From assembly GCF_006345805.1 (NCBI RefSeq), contig NC_043005.1, forward strand, positions 93,372,001 through 93,436,000: DNA of 64,000 nt, in the 5' to 3' direction. A program made the translations under genes and the position numbers. Below the pieces are notes generated by a model. That model worked only from the letters and a program-made list of their open reading frames with translations, did no database searches and was not told the origin of the DNA. This document shows, one piece after another, positions 14,331 through 27,899 of the stretch. This DNA is from Octopus sinensis. Its lineage: Eukaryota. Position 1 is the first letter of the stretch. Each line of letters opens with the position of its first letter.

Positions 14331-14669
14331 TTATTTTTGGGGCCTCGTTTGCAGAACCATTGCTGGATGTATACAAGCCAACAGGAATTGTGAAATGAGG
14401 GGGAACAAAACAGAGACAGACATACAAAACTAAATGTAGGGTGGACTTGCATGTGGTTTTCGTCAACCAAATTCACTTGCGCGGCTTTGATTGACCCGAA
14501 GCATTAGAAGACACTAGTCCAAGGTGCACTACGGTCGACTTAACCCCATCTCTCGAAATTGCTGGCCTTGTGCCAAAATTTGCCACCAATTACATTCCTT
14601 GAAGTTGGCTCTCAGAACATATTTGATTCTTTCTTTTTGCCCTCCTCTTCTTCATTTTCCTTTTTTTAG

Positions 14670-14900
14670 TTAGAACATGTTTCGGTCAATGATTGTTTTG
14701 CTCCGGACGACAAGACTAGTCCATCCCTGCTGTTTTGGGATCATGATAGCTTCAATGGAGATCCTGTTGGCTTCCTTCCCCGATGTTTGTCCTTTCTTTC
14801 CAGCTGATGTTGAGAATACTTCGAGAGCAGCATTGGTGGTACTTTTCAAGAACTTTTATGTATCCCCTGTAAGTAGTCCTGCTCTCCGGTGCATATAGCA
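14670..14900 (-). pseudogene. RTE-clade LINE C-terminal relic
   Basis: Manual minus-strand translation KVLEKYHQCCSRSILNISWKER / EANRISIEAIMIPKQQGWTSLVVR parallels LERFHQMCLRRIYSIKWKDR...SIEALVLKQRLRWSGHLVR of the RTE copy at 38594. Confidence 0.7.
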
Positions 14901-14969
14901 TCATGAGGGTTACCAATTCTTTGTATACAAATTATTTTGAAATTATAAAAAGAAACAAATTGTAGAATC

Positions 14970-15585
14970 GAACTGTCCGTATTTTAAAACAGATTTCTTT
15001 TTAAAAAATTGGAGATGTTAGGATTTATGGAGGAGTAGGGTTGATGAAAAAAAAAAAATGAAAATTTCAGAATTGTTTTTGAATTACGTTTATATATATA
15101 TAAAGTGGGGATTGAAGTGATGGTCGTCGATTTCCAAAATTTCCGTTTTCTCTAACTTTCAAGGCTTCTCCCCTCGTTTTTAAATGCATAGAGCAAAAGA
15201 GAGACAAAAAAAAAAAGAAAAGAAAAGAAAGAAAAAGAAAAGAAAAAGGATAAAAGAAAAACAATTAAACAAAAATCAGTACTGAGGAAGGGAGTGGGGT
15301 TGAGAAAATTAATAAATTTTCAAAATTTTTTTTCTTTTCTTTTTACCATGCGCCTCCCAAGAAAATTGGACAAAATCGGTCCGGAAAAGAAAAGAGGGGA
15401 ATTCATAAATTTCCCAACTCTTAATTTTTTTTATAAAGAACTTCCCCCTATCTTTGCAAAGTGTGGTGGAGAAAAAAACTGAAAAATCCCATCAAAACGG
15501 AAAAAATCTAGCTGATGTAGGTCCGCCAAAAGTCCACCAAGGACACAAAAAATTACCCGGCAACATCAGAATACTCAGGTAGCGC
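14970..15585 (+). mobile_element. Probable decayed non-autonomous Helitron
   Basis: Ends in TTACCCGGCAACATCAGAATACTCAGGTAG, resembling the CCCG-GCAAC-CGGG...CTAG Helitron end at 10663-10690; boundaries approximate. Confidence 0.45.
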
Positions 15586-16109
15586 GAGCGTGTATACATA
15601 CATACTTATATGCAGGCAGGCAGGCAAGCAGAGATAGATAATATAGAGGGGACCTCGTATGTGTGTATACTTTTACACGACTCCGTACATAATGTATATC
15701 ATCAATTATAAATAAGAATATGTCCATCTATCACCCGTCCCATTTTCATCTTTGGCAATTCTTACGGGAGCAAAGACGAAGCCATTCAACACAAGGCATT
15801 CTCTAAAAGCCATCAATGGCCCAGTGGCCAGAAATATTCATACATGAAATTTAAACGGTTTTTAGAAGGGGTTCGAGCACTACAGAGAACATGTCAGTGG
15901 ACCAGGTGTGGCCCGCAATCCAACCGTTGCCGAGCCCTAATATATGTAAAGAAGGATCTTCGGTATTAAAGTATATGTTCTGTAAAGTTTGTTTAGCTGT
16001 GGCACTATTTTTCTTGATTTAAAAAAAGAAACCACTGACTGATAAGCCAACTGTGGTCGCTCCGAATAGACTCTTGTTCGTCGTTCTTAAAAAGAAAAAG
16101 ACAGACCTA

Positions 16110-16225
<116 letters not shown>

Positions 16226-17662
16226 CAATGAGAGAGGGACAACAGAAACTTGTGTTCAGGTGTAAATAGGAGACACATTGAACAGTTGTAGGCACCAAGA
16301 GATAGAGGTGTTGTTTAACTTGAGACCCAGTCGAGTTGGGCCAAGATCAAAGGCATTCAGTCGGTTATCAACAATCATCTTGTCTTTATAGTATCCAGTT
16401 TTATTCGTCATTTTGAGATTAGCTGCTATTTCCAGCAGAGCAATTGACCATGTAAATGCTCCCTTAAGGGCTAGTCCAGAGAGAAATAGGAAGAAGCGGA
16501 ACAGCGAAATAAGGGCTTGCTATTTGGTGTATTAGAAGTGATGGCTATATAATCTCCGCTTTAGACACTAGTTTCATGTTTCTGACACGATACAGAAAAG
16601 AATCTCTCCCCAGGCCACTCTGCACTCAATCTACAAACTGTATTTATAAATGTGGTTTACAGTAAAAATTTTAAAAAATTCTCTCAATGTTCCTTATATG
16701 GAGAACAGCTGCCGATTGCTTTGACAAGTTTCCAAGTTTGTACTTCAATCGAAGTATTTTCAATATTGTAATTGGGGAAAAAGATGATTCAGTATTTCTT
16801 AGAGATGTTTGGAAAAAGGGAAAACATCTATGAAATAAAACAGGACATTGAAAACCTTTCCTACTATAAATGTATTGTTTTGGAAGTAAAGGAGGCGAGA
16901 ATTAAGGTGATTTTATTGGTAGGAAAATTACGTGCATATAAATGATATTAAAATAAAACTAATTATATGATTCCTAAGTTGTTTCAGCCACCGCCGCCCG
17001 CTCACATCCCCCCCTTTTTTTTTTCTTCCATAGCCTTATTCACCTTCACATTGATCCATATATTTCTCCGAAGATTGAATTTATGTCGGGAGTTGAGTAA
17101 TCATTCAAAGGAAAGAAATACAAGTTATTGCAAGATGTTTCTCTGAAGTTGTTCTGGACAAGCAAATGCTTTCCAGAAAGAAAAATCTCAAGTTATTTTT
17201 CTCCATTGTACATCGACCTCGTAAAAGTAACGGAGAAAAGAAAAAAGAAAAATCATTTTCTATGTTTGCAATATAAGAGGATATTGCAAATCAGAGCTAA
17301 ACATTTTTAAGAGTTCTGAATGACACTCAATGCTACTGTTGTCTTTTTAGATCTTTCTAATAGTTTTGTTCTAGTTCTGATGTTCCAATAAATCAGTGAA
17401 GCTTTTCTACAAACTTGGGTCACTGAATGAATCAAATTATTGAGAATATTCCATTGTAGATAATCAAATATCTACCACAGTTAGTGTTAACACATTTAAT
17501 GAAGTGAATTTTAACGATTTAATTAAAAATATTTATGACGTACGAACAAGGTAGCATTAGTTTAATGATTTTACACACACAAGGTATGGGAGAGAACTCC
17601 AGACATATTTCGATCTTGTTAGCCTTCTTTTAGCCGTTGTCAGTGGAACGTAGACTTTAGAC

Positions 17663-17900
17663 CAGGGATTCTCAACCTTTTTTTTTTGCTAGTGGACCCC
17701 TGTGTTTACTATTTTATTTTGGTGGACCCTACAACTATTCGAGGTTTAAAAACTAGTTTTATAGATGCTTCTTTCAAATTCCTATTTTGTTTTTCACACA
17801 TTAATTTATGTAGATTGAACTACATAAAATGTTAGAGAAAGAAACCTAGTTGTTTCTTGCAATACAAACCAATACATACATGTAAAGTAAAATTTATCAA
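17663..17900 (+). mobile_element. hAT (Charlie-like) non-autonomous 5' end
   Basis: Begins CAGGGATTCTCAACCTTTTT...TGGACCCCT, a typical hAT-Charlie terminus; right end not identified. Confidence 0.5.
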
Positions 17901-18084
17901 TACTGTTGAGATGTGGTTCTCTAGAAGAATGCTAAAAGTGCCCTCTGCTGATAGTGACAAACATCGAAGCCCCTAGACCGGCAGAAAGTTTTTCAACAGC
18001 GCACAGAGACAACAGGATCAGTTCATTGGTGATCATATGAGAAGGAAAAGTCTTGAACATCTGGTGACAAATGTGAAAATGAAA

Positions 18085-18157
<73 letters not shown>

Positions 18158-18549
18158 AGTGAAGACGATTGATTTCACCGGCTGGTTTCAGAAAGACTGA
18201 TCCACTAAGGTGTATGTGGGGGTCAGCAAAGTATAGCGGTCCATGAACACCGATGCTTGGAGGCTTGAACCATAACCTGCTCTTCAAAGCTATAAAACCA
18301 GAGCAATGTTTTTCTTTTTCTGTACCCAAATTCACGAGACTCACCTCAAGATAGGAAATGGAATAGAAGAAGGCATTGCAATATTCAAATTTATTGAAAT
18401 TCCAAAATATATTAGATAATAATTCAAAAGAACCATAGAGAGCCAACCGCCCCCCCCCCCACTGTTCAAAACTATAATGTTAAATAATGTTTGCAAAAAT
18501 GATGCAAAACGGGGAAGTTATGAGATATTTCGATAATATTCTCATGCAA

Positions 18550-19450
18550 TACATCAACAAGAGGGTGTTTGGTCAGCATCTTTCTGAATTACTTGAAAAC
18601 CACGTGATTTCATGCTCTCAATCAACTTCTGCAGCATATCAAGGGGACGCTCTTTCCAAGCCTGCCGTTTCAAGTTCGTCACCAGATGAGTACTGCTGGC
18701 CCTCGCTATACACAGCGTTCATGAGATAATCCCCAGGTATTCTCTATAGGATTATGGTCGGGATTGCTTGCTGGCCATGGCATGACTTCAACCCCAATTG
18801 CATGGAGGAAATCCAAAGTTGCCTTTGCTTTATGAATAGGAGCATTGTCCTGTTGAAATATAAAACTCTTGCCATGGAGCCTTCTTCCTTCTTCGTCAAT
18901 GTGAGCCCCGTCCAACATATCGATGTATCGTGCAGCATTGAAACGGCCATCTATGGTGACAAATGGCGGCTTCTTATTGATAGATATTTCACCCCCACAC
19001 TTACACTGTTCTGCTGCTTGGAATAAGTAGAATTCTATATACATTTATTTGCTCAGCAATATCCATAACCGCCGGGGCCATCCAAATTCCATATTTCCTT
19101 ACCAGAGAACAGAGACCTGGTCCATTCACCATCCCATGTATGATGCTTGCCCAGCAAACTCCAATCTAACAGCTTTGTGAGAAGGGGACAATAATGGACG
19201 CCCTAGCCGCCTCTTCTTACGGTGGATGTCGAGGCTCCTGCTGCTGATGCCTTGATTTTAAAAACAGAAGATCAGCGTGGCCTCTTCATAGCTCTGATAA
19301 TGGCTCTTTCATCTCTTTATTGGGGTGTCCACAAGCAGGAACCATGTTGTAGCCGTCAGGATCTTTCAGAAAATTGTCCACTGGCCATCTGCTTCACCGA
19401 ATCTTCTCAGTAATCTTCCGGTCACTCATTCCTTTCCCTTTCAGTGCAAG
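18550..19450 (-). pseudogene. Tc1 (DD34E) transposase relic
   Basis: ORF 18706..19044 contains FQQDNAPIHKA and MPWPASNPDHNPIENTWG; the C-terminus continues frameshifted (LMNAVYSEGQQYSS). Confidence 0.88.
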
Positions 19451-19679
19451 AATTTTCCCTTACTCAATTTCGAAAAGCTTTGTTGCTTTAGACTAACTGG
19501 ATATCAGTAATCAGGGACCACGGAGATGACGACTGAGTTGAATGTTTTCCAGAAAAATCTGGAAAGAAATGAAAATGTATTTGTGGGTTTATAGTTTTGA
19601 AGTGTTGATATGCTAGGGAAAATTGGGAAATCAGGAGTTGTGATGTGATAAAGGTACCCATCTACAATATATCATGCCC

Positions 19680-20015
19680 CTTAGTCCGCTTAAAATTTCG
19701 AAATAACTTCAATTTCCAGTTAGTCTCCAATGAGACCATCAACATATCACAAGGGCAAACATTTTCCATTGCCAGCTTACTCACTGAAGAGCTCTGTTTC
19801 ACCCATAGTCTGATTTTCGTTGGGTGTTCAAGAGTAGGAAGTAAGAAAAATCTTTATATCTATGCACCAAATTGTCCCCAAAAATGCAGAAATCCGCCCT
19901 GATCGAGAGGTCTCTTTGTCGGGGAAGACATAGTCTGACATCAAATAAAAAGAATTGAAATAAAGATATTCTGTTGTTTAAATTGCTCGGCAATGACGGG
20001 CTACTTAGCTCGTAT
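19680..20015 (+). pseudogene. Helitron Pif1-helicase C-terminal relic with decayed 3' end
   Basis: ORF 19645..19902 TINISQGQTFSIASLLTEELCFTHSLIFVGCSRV resembles Helitron TINKSQGQT...FSHGQLYVA.SRV; downstream CTCGGCAATGACGGG...CTCGT resembles a Helitron hairpin and CTAG end. Confidence 0.72.
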
Positions 20016-20963
20016 ACGTATATAATGCAGAGATAGATGTGTGTACACTTAATTACATATTATATTAGCGTTTATCTACGTGTCTCAGTATAATTTCACA
20101 GAAGCATTTGCAGTTAACATATGAAGGTATATATTCCTACTTGCATGTACGCATATAGGTGTACACTCTTTAACATGCATGGATGTACTTATGTATGTGC
20201 GTTTGTGTGTATGCTTATGTGTGTAGATGTGCGTGTATGAATGCATATAGGTGTACACATTGAAAGCGTGTTCATGTATGTATACCATAAAAATAGCGAA
20301 TCCCGGTAAGATGTCGGTGTATATAAAAGAACAACATCAGGGAATATCCGACATTGTTCAAATATCAGCATGATAAGTCTCAACAAACCAACGGACACAC
20401 ACAGGCGCGCCAGGAGGCAGACCAGCCAACTTATAATTCTGTAGCCGATGACGTCAATCTTACTTGGGCCCAAGAGCATCAGAGCAAATCTACAAATGCA
20501 TACATACACACATACTCATGTGTATCTAAAGGCGTGTGTGTGTGGTGTGTGTGTGTGTATATATATACATATATACTGCTATATTTCAGGATATATATAA
20601 AGTGCAGTTACGTTTAAGTGTATATACATATGATACATATGTATATTAGGTCTGTAAATGTGTGAATTTTGTGTGTGCGCACACACACACACATTTCTTT
20701 ACTGACTATATACTTAAGTAGTCAGTAAAGAAATGAAAACAAGAAAAAAAGGAGAGAAAACGCGGGCATTTTTCAAGACAATCATTCATATCGTGTTAGC
20801 GATTTCTTTCTATAAACGAACACATCTTAAATATCTTACACACAAACGTTGCATAACAAACACACACACATACATTTCACTGCAGGCAAACATAACGCAC
20901 ACACCTACATTACATTCATACACACACACATTCGTACATGCATCTATGTATGTAAAGGCGCGC

Positions 20964-21004
<41 letters not shown>

Positions 21005-21249
21005 CGTGTGTGACGTTTACACACACGTACGTAGACATGGATTTGTAAAATATACACTCACATAAACGCAGGCATAAATGCGCGTGCGGAAAGGCATTGG
21101 TTTCCGTAAATATGATTTTATATATTTATACACGCCGTATATAACCTATTTATACATGAATGTGTTTTTTTTTTGGGGGGGGGGGCGTGTCAGTAAATAC
21201 GAAGACAATATCAATAAATCTATCAGGATTTTTTTTCAATCTTACAATC

Positions 21250-21462
21250 ACCACCATCATCATCATTATCACCAGCAACATTATCACCATCATTATCACC
21301 ATCATCATGATTATCACCATCATCATCATTATCATCATCATCATCATTATCACCAGCATCATCATAATCATCACCGTTAACATCATCACCGTTATTTAGC
21401 ATATATTACTGCCTTAATGAAATGTTCATCAATCATGACAGATGATCATCACCACCACCACT

Positions 21463-21502
<40 letters not shown>

Positions 21503-21737
21503 CCACCACCACCACTATCATCATCATCATCATCATCACCACCACCACTATCATCATCATCATCATCACCACCACCACTATCATCATCATCATCACCACC
21601 ACCACCATCATATCATCATCATCATCATCATCATCATCACCACCACTATCATCATCATCATCATCATCATCATCACCACTATCATCATCATCATCACCAC
21701 CACCACTATCATCATCATCATCATCATCATCACCACC
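21250..21737. repeat. (CAT)n/(CAC)n trinucleotide microsatellite
   Basis: Direct inspection; source of the poly-His and poly-Ile ORFs. Confidence 0.95.
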
Positions 21738-22117
21738 AAATTCTACATTTTATTTCTTCATTTTACTTTTTTTTTTATTTTCTATCTTCAGATTTTAGGT
21801 GCTGAGGGGGAGGGGTCCTTTTATATTTTTGCTGTTTTCGCCCCCCTCCTCCCATTTTCTTTTCAAATTATTATTAATTCCATGAAAGAATATCACGAGA
21901 TTCTTTATTGAAATACGGAGAGAGGATCTTTTTTTTAAATCTACAACTGAGTATATATGTAGAAACAAAAGATGATTTTCTTATTGCAGATTATCTATGG
22001 AGGTGGGCGCGGCTGGAGTTGCAGATATCAAAAAGAGAAAAGTCTCTTCTATAATTTCATAAAATCACAAACACGTGCTGTGTGCTTTTATGTAATTGTG
22101 TGCAGATGCATGCACTT

Positions 22118-22158
<41 letters not shown>

Positions 22159-23929
22159 AGACACACACACACACACACATATATATACACACACACAATT
22201 CATATGTTGTATTTGTGTACGTAATGTGTATTTTTGTATGCCTAGAATGTGCAGACATGAACAAGACGTGCACAAATGCATGAATTGTTCAGGTGCAATG
22301 TATGTCGATGCATTTTTGTGCTGTTCATATATCTTTTTGGCGATCACACCACAAGTTCCCGTAAGAGAGGAGTTTGAAAAAGTAATTCTATATAATACAT
22401 ACATGTATATCTGTGTGTTTGTGTGTATGCATACGTGCGTGTGTCTGTGTATGTGTACGCACACATTGTCATATACACACATACACACACACACAATGTA
22501 TATGTAGCCATAAGCAGTAACTATATATTTTAAAGATTCAACTGAGTAATACCAGGTACCCCTTCTTTCTCCACCTCGCCCCCACAGTATCAGGGATGTT
22601 AACACCGCTCGCTCTCTTCATCATTAAAGAGACGACAATACAGACTTTACATCCAGATAATTATTCACTAGCAATGGTTAGAAACCTAAAAGCCTTGATT
22701 TTATTGAATATACCAATATGACCATCCACTTGTCTCAATTTCCGCCGCCATTTCTGTAGTGTTCTTCGTTAGTTTATTGTTTATGTTGGTCTATATTAAT
22801 ACAATATAACACTTCGATCCATCCAAGTCCGTAACATTCTGTTTCTTTGTGAAGGTGGATGCAACATTTTTGATGAAAAGAGGTTACGAGCTTCTATCTT
22901 GCACCTTCTTTTCTTAGACGAATGGGGTTGTCGCGAGGATTGTCGGGGCGACCTGCTTACAACGCAGTATAACCGATTCTGAGGGAGGAAAGAGACCGAG
23001 AGAAAGAACCAACTGGACAGGTAGTTTATTAATCGACCTCGGAGTATTGAAAAGCCAAGATGATTTCAGCAAGAATTGAGCACAGATGCTAACAAGTCTG
23101 CCAATGGACACCTTACACTTCGCTGTGCAAAATATTTCAGCCATTATCCGACATTAGTATTATGTTAAAGGGTGTTGATAGGATACTAATGCACAAATTG
23201 TCTTATTATGCTTTGTTATAAAAATATATTCTATAATGCTATGAATTGTGTTTGGTCGATATATTGGCGGCAGATTAAAATGAGTTTCATTGAATTTCTT
23301 TTTATGTGAAGTCAGTTCGTAAGCAAGCGTTGAAGTGATACTTGTGAGCGGGTAAGACGTCCATTTTCGCCTTTTTCAATCAGAGAAGGTTTCGTGCCAA
23401 GTAAAGAAACAGAGTGAGAAGGAACAGAAACAAATGTAGGAAGCAGATATTCTGTAATTGTCAGCACGAAAAATGGTACTTTGACAATTTTTTTTTTTAC
23501 CTTTACCGTTTATTTGTTTTAAAGATGGCTGAGGCAGAGCTTTGAAAGGTTTCGATAGAATGATTTTTAAGTCTGGTATTTATTCTATCGCTCCCTATTG
23601 TCGAAGAAAGTAAACAAATCAACAGCAGTTGTCAAGCAGTAGTGGAGGACACGCACACAGAAAACAGGCTTCCACACGGCTTCCGTCTACCGAACTTACT
23701 GACTGTCCCTATATGTTTTCAGTGTCGAGAAAGATTTCATTCCCTCACCAATACGTTCATATAATTTTCTACTGAAATTACTCTTCTAAAAATTCAGTGT
23801 CTTTTTTGATTTTATTAGAAAAATACTTAAAATATAATACATCAACACCACACGTAAGCACATACCTATATGCAAGTATATACATATGCACGCACACACA
23901 TGTATGCACAACATACAAATAAACATACG

Positions 23930-24233
23930 AACAATACGAACGTACATACATACAAACATACATACATACATACATACATACATACATACATACATACATA
24001 CCTGTTTCTTTATTACCCACAAGGGGCTAAACACAGAGGGGACAAACAAGGACAGACACACGGATTAAGTCGATTACATCGACCCCAGTGCGTAACTGGT
24101 ACTTATTTAATCGACCCCGAAAGGATGAAAGGCAAAGTCGACCTCGGCGTAATTTGAACTCAGAACGTAACGGCAGACGAAATACGGTTACGCATTTCGC
24201 CCGGCGTGCTAACGTTTCTGCCAGCTCGCCGCC
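23930..24233 (-). mobile_element. tRNA-derived SINE (abundant family) with (ATGT)n tail
   Basis: Minus head GGCGGCGAGCTGGCAGAAACGTTAGC...GTTCTGAGTTCAAATTAC, body GTCGACTTTGCCTTTCATCCTTTCGGGGTCGAT. Related copies at about 5160, 28925, 53925, 56165, 61065 and 61663. Confidence 0.88.
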
Positions 24234-25082
24234 TTTTATCTACCAACAAACCTCCCTACATATCTACATAACTTATCTGTGGATGTATATTGTGCTAAAC
24301 TAGATTTACATAGGGTCCGCTTTTTCTAAACTAGCGTGACAATGTTATTGTTGTGGTTGTTGTTGTTGTTATTGTTGTGGTGGTTTGTGCTATAATTAGA
24401 TCAACCCACGACTAAAGACATAGAAAAGGTGGGAGAGAAGTAGAAAGTAAACCACAGCTGAGATGGCGACGCTGTGTTGTTATGAAGAGAGTCGGAGTGT
24501 TGGCGGCGAGGGAAGGATGTTTTCTAAATAGACGACAACGTTTTTTAAGGGACTCCAGGTGTTCGCGAACACCAGATAAGTATTTTATTATCGAGAACTT
24601 TCAACCTAAGGATTAGTGTAGGCAGTACTAACCCCAGGTCAGTTATTCTTGACCTGGGGTTACTACTGGGGACATTATTAGTTTTGGGCTCAACAAGGAC
24701 AGATATGCCGTTATTGGGCCCTATGTGAGATACGTTCTCGTGTCCATGCACTAACCCATCATTATTGAGTTGTGGAGCAATGGTGAACGGCCATTACTGT
24801 GTGCGGGACGGATTCAGCGGGCGGTTGTGTCTTGTAAAGTTCTCGTAACCGCAGAGAGGGAACGGTAATTTTCGTCTGAATGGAGTCTTTGGTGAAAAAC
24901 GTTTTATATGTGCACTCATAAGGGTTCAGAATAAGTCTATGCAATAAAGCCCTCATGAACTTGAAGTTGGTGAGGGTTGGTTATGGATTGGCTGAATCGT
25001 TAGCGCATCGGACAAAATGCCAAGCGGTATTCGGTTACAACTCTTTATATTCTGGGTTCAAATCACGCCTAGGTCAACTTTG

Positions 25083-25748
25083 GGATCTTTTCGGTTTGAA
25101 CGGCAGTTTTCAACATAATTTCTAGGTAACTAAAAAGTTTTAAACTTCGTATACTGGTAGAATGTGTTTATAAAACATCATTTTCTCTTGGCTTTATTGA
25201 GAAAATTCTGTAGTTTGTACCATATTTCGTCTTTAATTTATTGCATTTCGGCAATTTTAACCAATCAAATATGTCCATTGAGGTAAAGAACATTCTGTGC
25301 CGTATGAATATGTCCCTCGTTTAAGAAACAGATTGGGTTTATTTACATTCGTTAAGAAAAAAGATACCCTTCCCCCACCCCTAACCCTAACTAACCCTAA
25401 ATCTAAAATAGATTGAAATGCAATAGATCGATTCTAGGGTCATAATTATGGGTGACAATTTCATATGACACCGCTAGAAAAAACTGCCATTTTTTTCTAG
25501 CGGTGTCATATGAAATTGTCACCCATAATTATGACCTTAGTATCGATCTATTGCATTTCAATCTGTTTTAGGGTTAGGGTTAGGGGAAGGGTATCTTTTT
25601 TTCTTCACAAATGTAAATAAACCCAATCTGTTTCTTAAACGAGGGACATATTCATTATGCACAGAATGTTTCTTACCTCAATAGACGTCAGTGATTGGTT
25701 GAAATTGCCGAAATGCAAGAAATTTTAGACGAAATATCTTACAACCTA
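25083..25748. mobile_element. Truncated GGATC-terminal foldback element inserted in a SINE head
   Basis: Starts GGATCTTTTCGGTTTGAACGGCAG, folds back near 25490; the right arm is incomplete. Interrupts a SINE head at about 24985-25082. Confidence 0.75.
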
Positions 25749-26045
25749 AACATTTAATCCCTGGTAAACTGCGGCTGGGGAAACAAGAAAATAAACAACT
25801 CTAACAAAAAAAAAAAATGATGACAAAAGCAACCTAGCTCTTCTCTCCTGTGTCGCCCTCTGTCGTCTAAAAATAAAGCGTATCATGTCACCTGACATCA
25901 ATGATCAGTTGACAGATGGTATGAAGTGTCGAAAGCTAAAACACACCAATACACGTACGCACGCACACACACACACACACACACACGACTACGTTAATGC
26001 GGAGCACTTTGATAGACGGGCATACATAGAAAGATGGCGGATTTC

Positions 26046-27463
26046 GGATCTTTTCCTTTTGATAGCCAGATTTCAACACAATTTCTAGTTAACTAAACAC
26101 ATTAAAACTTCGTATACTGGTAGAATGTGTCAAAAGAAAGCATTATTTTCACTTGGCTTTCTTGAGAAAATTGTAATTTGTTCGTTTAACGTAGTTTAAT
26201 TTTTCGAATTTTAACCAATCCTATGCTCTCTTTTGAGCTGAAATCATTTGCTGCGTCTAAAAACTGAGACAACATCCGTTTTGTTCGTAATGTAGCGTTC
26301 GTGAGTTCGATATCAGGCTAACCTACCGGCCCCACGGTGGGATTTTTTTCTTTACGATTATTAGTAAATTTTTTCTTTACGATTATTCACGTTTATTTAT
26401 CAATATCAATAACAAATTACTGCCGTTGTTTAGACCGGCCCCAGTACGTAACTGGTACTTAATTTATCCCTAACTCTAACCCTAACCATAAACCTAACCC
26501 CTAACCCTAACCCTAACCCTAACCCTAACCCCTAACCCTAACCCTAACCCTAACCCTAAACCTAACCTCTAACGCTGAACCTAACCCCTAACCCTAAACC
26601 TAACCAAAGCTAGCGACCGATGCCGGAAGGCTGTCACGAGATAGGGTTAGGGGTTAGGTTTAGGGTTATGGGTTAGGCTTAGGGTTAGGGTTAGGGTTAG
26701 GGTTAGGCTTAGGGATAAATGAAGTACCAGTTACACACGCACGCACTGGTGTCGATAGAATCGACTTAATACTTTTGTCTCTGATGCTTTGTCCCCTCTG
26801 TGTTTTGCCCCTTGCCGGAACAAATTTACACAAAAGGTAAATAAACCAGAAATAGGGGATCAATGTTTCATCGTTTCGGGGTCGATAAATTAAGTACCAA
26901 TTACGCACTGGTGTCGAGGATTTTTTTCCCCAATTTATATCACAGCCTCCGACAAGCTGGGGCATCCTTTTATGAAAAAATATTTCGCAAATTTTTACAA
27001 TACGACCCACACTCCACGCACCCGATTTAGGCATATTATTGTTTTGTTTTTGTTGTTTTTAGCCCTTCAAAACCACGGGAGAAGCCTTTTTGGTAAAAAA
27101 AAAAGAAAGAAAATATTCAAAAAATATCGTTAATATTTTTATTGGGCGACGAAATTCATCGATTTAAGAGATATGGCTGTTGTTTCTAGCACATGCCAAC
27201 ACAACCCTCCTCGTTTGTTTATCAATATCGAGTGTCAGGATGTTGTCTGAGCTTTTAGACGCAGCAAATGATTTCAGCTCAAAAGAGAGCGTAGGATTGG
27301 TTAAAATTCGAAAAATTAAACTACGTTACGAACAAATTACAATTTTCTCAAGAATGCCAAGTGAAAATAATGTTTTTTTTTTTTACACATTCTACCAGTA
27401 GTTTTAAAGTGTTTAGTTAACTAGAAATTGTGTTGAAATCTGGCTATCAAAAGGAAAAGATCC
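26046..27463. mobile_element. GGATC-terminal non-autonomous DNA transposon (1418 bp), 8-bp TSD, telomere-like core
   Basis: TIRs GGATCTTTTCCTTTTGATAGCCAGATTTCAACACAATTTCTAGTTAACTAAACAC; TSD CGGATTTC at 26038-26045 and 27464-27471. Confidence 0.9.
26468..26714. repeat. Interstitial telomere-like repeats in opposed orientation
   Basis: (CCCTAA)n with variants 26468-26605, 36-bp spacer, (TTAGGG)n with variants 26642-26714. Confidence 0.92.
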
Positions 27464-27606
27464 CGGATTTCAACGAACATAGACGGTTTCGGAGGAAGTC
27501 TTCGGAAACAAAATGCAGAAGCACTAGTATGCGTACGTGCGCGCACACACACACATACATAAGCAAACAACAGGCCCTTCAGTCACTTTGCAGCTGCTGT
27601 CAATAA

Positions 27607-27657
<51 letters not shown>

Positions 27658-27659
27658 TA

Positions 27660-27711
<52 letters not shown>

Positions 27712-27899
27712 GAGAGAGGGAGAGTTATGATAAACAAGTTTATATCAGTTGTTCCTAAGTAATTTTCAACATTGTAGTTACTTGGAACTCAGCGTTGGCG
27801 GTTCAAGTACAGTTGGATGCTTAACCATAAAAGATTCTCAGAAATGCAAGCAGAAAAACAGACAGACAGAGGTATTGTTAGCAAACTAGGGTAATTCAA

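Noticed and set aside
20319-20456. TATATAAAAG plus TGACGTCA (CRE) as a promoter
   Set aside because: CRE lies downstream of the TATA, no linked exon, and such motifs occur by chance in 64 kb of AT-rich DNA.
21417-21911. Poly-His/poly-Ile ORF
   Set aside because: (CAT)n microsatellite open in several frames on both strands; no flanking domain.
26468-26714. Telomere-telomere fusion scar
   Set aside because: Repeat order is CCCTAA then TTAGGG, opposite to a fusion, and it lies inside a TSD-bounded transposon.
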